Source: Oopsacas minuta (lineage: Eukaryota > Animalia > Porifera). From it: a stretch of DNA of 15,131 nucleotides. The translations under genes and the position numbers were made by a program. The stretch is from assembly GCA_024704765.1 (NCBI GenBank), contig JAKMXF010000155.1, positions 438,952 through 454,082 on the forward strand, given 5' to 3'. A model generated the notes under the pieces. That model worked only from the letters and a program-made list of their open reading frames with translations. It ran no database searches and was not told the DNA's origin. Shown in pieces: positions 8,471 through 15,131 of the stretch (positions are counted from its first letter, which is position 1; every line of letters starts with the position of its first letter).

Positions 8471-10956
8471 TGTTGAGATACCCTGTTGTAGGTTATACAT
8501 GCCATGGGTTCAATGAATTTCTTGGTCATTATGATCACTAAAAGGTATTCTTCAATTACTCTAGAAAATTCTTGTTCAGTGAAACCTCCAATTTGCTAAG
8601 ATTTTGGGAATTCCTGAATAATTTTCCTAATATTGAGGTGATCCATTTTTCAGTCTCCTTCTTATTGGCCTATAATAAACTTTTATGATTCACTCACCGC
8701 ATAGGCGTCCAACTTTGTAAAATTTCAGAAATTCTAGGATGGGTGCGGAGATCGCGGAGTAATTATATCCCTCAAGAGTTCTAAAGGCTTCTGTTTGGTG
8801 CCACATCCTACTAACTCGTATCTCGCCATTAGTTGTGCTAAGAATCAAGGAAACTCAAAAATTGATTTTTGTACTATTATGGTGCGGACTACGCTTTGAT
8901 ATGCTATAACTGCCAATTCAGATATTCAATAAAATAATTAAATTCAATCTCAACTATAATCTTTACTTCATTCACTATACAATAGTTGCATCATGTATTG
9001 TGGCCTTTTATTTCATCTAACTCCTGTTGAGAGGTGTGCCATCAAAGTTGAATTAATAGAAATCGAATCAGTAACAATTTTAACAATTTAATTATTTGCT
9101 AATAACAAATCGTAAGAATGAAACGAATTGGAACATTATTAGTACTCATAAATAATATACTTTATATATTATTTGCATAGAATGGAGAAAGTTTATGAAC
9201 TGATCATTTCTTCTTCATTTCCTTCCATGCTGATTAACTTGTACTATACTACCCCAGTACTTCCCCTCAAGGTTTTGTTCGTAAAATATTACTTTTAACA
9301 AATCCAGGGACGCGGGACAATGCCCGCCCCCTCCTACACTGCACGACATCTATACCACAGTGGAGGTGTCCTTGATTAGATTTCCAAAGGGTGTTTAGGA
9401 GTGCGGGCACTTCTCCACGAGATTATGTTTAATGAAATTATTTTTAGGAGCGTAAAAACTGAGAATCTTTCCCTATTCTGTTACATTAATTTACTGATTT
9501 ATGTGTGTTCACAATTTAAGAGGACTAGCACTAGGAACTTGCTCAGAAAAACACTTAATAACTCCTTGGTTGTCCCTTATGGATATCTGACTGTTTTCAA
9601 ATTTCTAAATATCAACGGAAGATAGCATTATATTTATTTTAGGTACAGCCGAAACAAGTTTTCCTGCTATTGCTCAGCAGGTAAATTTAGTTAGAAATAA
9701 CTGGAAAATGTATGTAAACCTCGCATTTCTTTACAATTTTAGCATGAAAATATTTTGAAAACAGATAAATAAGAAATCCTGCTTAGACTGTATCTTGACT
9801 TATTTTGCCTGTTGAAATTCTTTTCACATTTCTAACTTATATTTTAACGTCATAGTGATGTGGCTGATAATATTCCTTGTAGAATTTTTCTAATGCTCTG
9901 AGATAAGGCATCGGAATGTGTAATTTGGAAATGGAAAGTTGACTAAATTGAGTAGCCTCTCGTAATACGTACACCTTATCTGTAGTACTATTATTCGAAA
10001 TTACTCCTTAAAATAGTTCGTATTTACGAGACTCTACTATAGAGCCTGTTTGCAAGTAGATTAGCTATCTATAAAGATTGTCAAGTTGTTAGTAAAGATT
10101 GACCAAAGTATGCTATCCATTATCACCACAATAACTAGAACATTCCATCTTAGTTGTGATAAATTTTTTATTTATGTACACATTCTTAGAACAATATATG
10201 TCTATTTGTACCTGTCAAGGCACTAGTTAATTCTTAACAGTACTTTCTAAATTGGAGCATTTTGTCAACAAAATTGCTTAGTAACCATTCAGATAACGTG
10301 ATTTCGATCCGAAAATAGTTTGTTGGTGTGTACTTGGTGCATTCTTAATATGGTATCCATAAAACCTTTTGATGCCGTTTGATGTTGGCATGCACTGTCT
10401 GCATTTTATGAGTTTGAAATCTTGAAACGTTCTCACATTCTAGATATGACTCATCCTTGAGAAAAAAAAGATGAATTTTTTGGTATCCTGAGGTTGTTTT
10501 GGTTTCGTATTGTAGAGTTGCTACTAGTAGAATCGCTATATTTGCATCATGGGTAGCAGAATTACTCGATGAACATGGTAATGACGAAGCTTTTCTCCAT
10601 TCTTTTGTCTAATGCTAATCTTATTGAAAATACTAATAATATTCCACATACTATGGTCTTATATATTCCTAATAATAGACGGGATTTACACGATTTAGAT
10701 TGTGAAACTGTAACACTTCTAACATTTTGTGAAACGGATTGCTCTAGACATATGTCAACGACCGGCCACTTTGTTTCTTATGAGTTTGAATATTTGATTC
10801 TTTTTCTCTCTTTGATTGTAGTTTACTCGGTGAACCTGTCCTAAAGTTGCATTGTTCTTTCGAATTCATATAAACTAGTTTTGAGTTGGAAAATTTATTA
10901 GCAACTGATAATGCTAGTGTTACATAATTCTCAGGATATTGGACTAATTGCTTTTG

Positions 10957-10982
10957 CACAGTAGCGCGAAATGGCTAAAACC
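10957..10982 (+). repeat. Putative Transib/RAG-like terminal inverted repeat (RSS-like end)
   Basis: CACAGTA-GCGCGAAATG-GCTAAAACC lies 281 bp beyond the transposase stop. The CAC start is the established Transib/RAG end signature. The partner TIR is not found in the window. Confidence 0.65.
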
Positions 10983-11237
10983 TAGAAGTAGGTATTAGGG
11001 TGCTAGATAACGTATTAAACTATATTATTGACATATGGGGAATCGTACCCAAGGAATCGATTGATGTAACTAGATTTTTTCTAAATCTTTGGGTGTGAAA
11101 GTAATGGCGTCATTGTCGCATTCAATAATATTTTGATTTTTTTATCGATTTAATTAAGCCAATTTGTGAGCTATATGTTGAAGAAATTGAATGTTTTATG
11201 TTTTGATATTATTAACACTATTTAATGTACATTTTTA

Positions 11238-13138
11238 TTAGCTTATGTCCCCACATTTCTTGTTGTAAAATGACCTACCGTTCATCGTGAATTTGGTAAT
11301 ATTACGAAAGGTTGCAAAAATTGGATCACTTTGAGAGATAAGCCTGACGAACACATCTTTAACGTTGTCTTCAAAGCTAAATTTTCTTGAGAGTCTCTCG
11401 CGGTATCGCCCGACCAATTTATTCCAAGATTCAAGGCCTTCTTCAGACAAATCTTCTAAGCTAAGCCCATCATTATGATCTCCAATTATTCGTGGTGCAT
11501 GGGCTAGAAGTTTTTGCAAAGTAGGGGGTTACATGTGCCCATGAAAAATTGATTAGAATGGATTCGTAAGTCTCTCGGGATACATTATCGCGGCCTTCAG
11601 TGTTCAATTTCCTTTTGCTATTATCCAATCTCAAGATAACACTCAAAATATTAAAGATTGTAGTGACAACTTGATGTGCTCTTGAGGAACAACCGTCAAT
11701 ACCCAATAGAGAAAATCTCGCACAGTATCATCGCTACGTGTGAAGCATCTTGTAACAAATTTCTGGTTGTGGTGGCTCCACCTTGGACTGATAGTGTGTC
11801 AATGGATACACTAAGTTTTTCTTCAATAAGGCTAGTAATAAATCTTTTGGCCCCAAGAATTATTGGTGAAGTTGGTGACCATTTTTGAATAGCACCACAC
11901 TGTAAGTGCAGAATCAATAATAGGAACCAACTAAATGTCTCAAATATGCATGTAGAGGAGAAGCTGATATGATATCTTTATCTGAGATCGGTTTGAGTGT
12001 TAAATTGAATCTTTGGTTAATTAGCAAAGACAAAAATTCTTCTTCATCAACCTTGACAAATACATCACACGCATCATGGATTGTCCTATTTATGGGAAAG
12101 CCATTTTAAACTATGCTAATATCGTATATCTGTTTGAACGTTGCAGTACACATTTGACAATTAGCACCACCAGTACCGCTTAAAATTTTTGCCATCTTTG
12201 TATCGAAATGAGATCTTATGATCTTGGCCTCTGCATTGCCATTGTGTAAACACAAACCACTCTCTTCAATAGTTGAAGTTTCGTTATTTATTAATGAGTC
12301 CATCAAAAACTTGACACTCTCTTCATTTTCTCGAAGGGCTAATAGGGCAACTGGTCGGGTGCAAAATGGCGAATTTGGATGATCAGGTTTCCATAGCATA
12401 TGATCATTTGCATTTATGATTGCGTTAACTTTGAAACTAAATAAAATGAAGGTTTTAGTCGAGAGGTCAGGGGTTAGATATAGCTTGCTTGTAAACTCGA
12501 TAACACCCAGATCCATCTAAGCCATCGGATACTCGAACTTTAAGCGGATAGACAAGGTTATCAGGACTTAAGTTAGATACAATTCGTTCAACTGTATGGG
12601 TGAGTAATCTGGTGTAAGAAATACCTACTCCACATGGAAATTCTCTATGAATTATACGCACCTCATCCAGCAAATTCATTTGAGCTCGATGTTTAGCTAC
12701 ACTATTGTAGCCTGATAACTTGAGATCTTCAGATGGTAATGTACGCCGAAGTTCTAAATACTTAGTTTTACCGATCTCAAAAGATTCGAAAAGAAAGGCA
12801 GATTTATCAAGTGATAATTGTGGATAGATAGGAGATGAGTTCCCCTTCTCTAGTATCTCTCTACAAACATTGGCACTATTCATGTCCTGCTCCTCATTGC
12901 AACAAAGTAGTAAGAGATAAGTTGCAAGAGTCTTTGGAGATACATGCTCGTTTTCAGCGACTGATTCGAGGTGAGACTTAAGAGAAGAGAGCCGACTTCT
13001 CAAACCTTAGGTCGTTAAGTCAGCGAGCGATTTCTCTTTTAAAAGATTAAAGTCTTCTTCAAAGTTAATGGTTAATGAAGAAGAGGTACTTAACCTAGGC
13101 TTCTTTGGCAGAGGACAGAAGCATATGGAATTCAAGTA
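11238..13138 (-). pseudogene. Transib/RAG1-superfamily DDE transposase pseudogene
   Basis: Ordered motifs: SLADLTT*GLRSRLSSLK (NBD-like), LLTHTVERI, SDGLDGSGCYRVYKQ (D at 12515-17, equivalent to RAG1 D600), PNSPFCTRPVALLALRENEE, RSHFDTKM (D at 12202-04, D708), NCQMC (ZnC2, 12148-59), GFPINRT, SPLHAYLR, QGGATTT-N, TPTLQKLLAH (ZnH2, first His>Gln), SEEGLESWNK (E at 11430-32, E962), RLSRK...DVFVRLISQSDP. Stops are at 13007-09 and 12106-08, with about 6 frameshifts. Confidence 0.92.
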
Positions 13139-15131
13139 TCAAGGTCCGAATATTTATGAATGAGGCTCTCTCTTTTTGATATCATTGAGCTTCAAACGAA
13201 AGGAATTTTGCTGATCTCGATCAAAACCATGAGTTGAAATAAATTGGTATGCGATTGAACGTGCGCTAAGTAATTTATACTTATAATAAAACTGAAAAGC
13301 TTGAAGCTTGTTCATTTTCTAGATAATTAATATATTATTCATTAACAATATTGTAAATTACAGGGCAAAAAGTAAGATTATATATATATGCATGTTTGTT
13401 TTATAAGCTTATAGAATTCATTCTAAAATCTAGGAATTAAGGAACTGTTGATGAACTTTTTCTCACATTATAAGAGTGTTGATATTTTAATGGAATCTTT
13501 GTAAAATACGTGATGAGAACAATTATTTGTATAAATTACAGGCTGAATTTTGTAAACACAAGCATAAAATTGTAAATAACTTTACGTTTGATTATATCGC
13601 TAAGCAACCATAATATTTATAAGAATTTTGAAAAGAGAATTTTCAAAACATTCGATAAATTCAAAAGTTAATGTGATTGAACAATATTTGCATGAATTTT
13701 CGGGAACCTGGAAATTGTTGTATTTTATAGTGAATTCAGAATGCTATATTATATAACTCAGGAGACTGCTTGACAGAACGCGACAGATGAACTTATGAGG
13801 CTTCGAAGTTAAGTGACGACAGAAATATCTAACAGATAAATTTATCGAATTATTTCAGCTATTTTAAGGATTTATTATTTGAATTCCGCTTATATAATCA
13901 CAATAATAAGAGAGTAGTCGAAGATGCAATGGAATGAAGTCTTTGGAATGTATTAGTTGCTTAGATACTGGAATTTAAGTTCATTAATATAAGTGAATAT
14001 CTGTGATTTTCAGGAATTGTTTCTGAGCAAGAAATTGTAATGCTTATATACATTCCAGTTGTTCCTAAACTAAATGATGGATCATAACAATTTTGGACAT
14101 TTCAAGTAATTGGATATTTCTCTTTCCAATGAACTTTAAATGGTTTCTTAATATCGGATGGAAATTTTGATCAATTCCCAGGGGGTGTGCCTGTTATTGG
14201 CCACCACAATATGCTAATTTTATTCAAAATTTGTCAACAATTCCGAATCAATTTTACTTATTATTTATCGGACATTTAATAATCTTCATTACTAACCTTA
14301 CTATATTTCCTAAATTCCTTTGTTGCAAATTCAATCAACAATCTCTTAGGCAATCCTCCGATTCTGAAATGCTGAAGTGGCATGCGCCTATTCTGCCAGA
14401 TTCTAATGCGTCCACATTCATACCACATTGTTAAACATTAAACTACCAGCCACATTTGTGTCACATTAAAATTTACACCAACTACGAAAAGTACTGGACG
14501 TGACAAAGACAAACCACACAAAGAAATGAATAGGCTGAACATTGATCTACCAACACCTTCTGTTGTACGGAATCTTCAATTCATTTTTAGCTAAAGCATA
14601 AAAATCTTTTAAATTTTATTTATGTGGGACCTTCATCATACCTGACTCACAACTTGCTCAATTTCCTTTATGGCCATGGATTGTCTGAATTCGTATAAAT
14701 AACTGTATTATTGAGGTGCCTAGCACACGGGTAACTGAAAAAACATTATGACAAAAAAAATGAGGTCGTTGAAATTTTTTCACTTTCTTATACAGAATTT
14801 TATGAGGAATCCGAATATACGCTCTAAAAAATTTTCCTACCATTGAAATTTTTTTACAGATTATACAAAAATTTATGAAATCAAAAAAATTCTGGCTACA
14901 ATAATTTTAACATATCCCCATTTTTAGTATATTATCGTGATTCTTCGCTGAAATACTTCTTTCTAGAATTCAATTTAATTACTAGTTACCTAATAGAATT
15001 GATGTTTTTAACGAATTCCTATCCAAAATGTCATTACCATGGCAACAAAATGAAACGTAGGAATTTACGCAATAGTTTTCAATCTAGCTAAGTAGTACTT
15101 GTATGATATTACATTTAGGATATATACGTGT

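Larger units (their letters stand above)
10957..13290 (-). mobile_element. Transib/RAG1-like transposon (minimum extent; other end not seen, possibly beyond 15131)
   Basis: TIR at 10957 plus the transposase pseudogene. The same frame continues with stops to about 13290 (AYQFISTHGFDRDQQNSFRLKLNDIKKREPHS*). No match to the TIR reverse complement was seen in 13290-15131. Confidence 0.7.

Noticed and set aside
9255-9341. GC-rich patch bounded by CAGT...ACTG (possible mini-hAT)
   Set aside because: Only a 4-bp terminal match, and the flanks TACTACCC and CACGACAT are not a TSD.
9356-9362. Perfect RSS heptamer CACAGTG
   Set aside because: No nonamer at 12 or 23 nt and no similarity to the 10957 terminus beyond the heptamer. 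A single 7-mer is expected by chance.
9643-10577. Two exon-like segments (9643-9680 AG...GTAAAT; 10516-10577 VATSRIAIFASWVAELLDEH)
   Set aside because: Neither translates to the expected WNK subdomain III-IV, and the phases do not chain with exon 1. RNA-seq would be needed.
9401-10959. ORFs 9401..9625, 10569..10844 and 10744..10959
   Set aside because: No motifs. The GTG start of 10744..10959 is simply the CAC of the transposon end.
11676-11888. Plus-strand 70-aa ORF
   Set aside because: Antisense shadow of the Transib/RAG1-like gene.
15033-15046. ATTACCATGGCAAC, 13/14 match to an RFX X-box
   Set aside because: Not near a known TSS and lies in probable transposon subterminal sequence. No functional support.

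Overview
AT-rich eukaryotic (probably animal) genomic DNA, dense in transposons and carrying one recognisable host gene. Left to right: (1) the 3' part of a mariner DD34D element, open from the window edge to its stop, with its 3' TIR and TA site; (2) a 2.7-kb hAT element (ZMYM1/DUF4371-type transposase pseudogene, minus strand), possibly nested in an older hAT MITE; (3) two 210-bp inverted repeats (7 mismatches) enclosing 1.65 kb and ending 128 bp before a start codon; (4) the first coding exon of a WNK (With-No-Lysine) kinase, with a GT donor at the same position as in vertebrate WNK1 and an RFxI docking motif at the extreme N-terminus; (5) in what appears to be the long WNK intron, an antisense, decayed Transib/RAG1-superfamily transposase. 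It keeps D-D-E and CxxC, has a RAG1 NBD-like N-terminal segment, and ends in a CACAGTA terminus with an RSS-nonamer-like motif. Its second end and about 1.8 kb of unexplained upstream sequence are unresolved. All alignments were done by eye and no database search was run.
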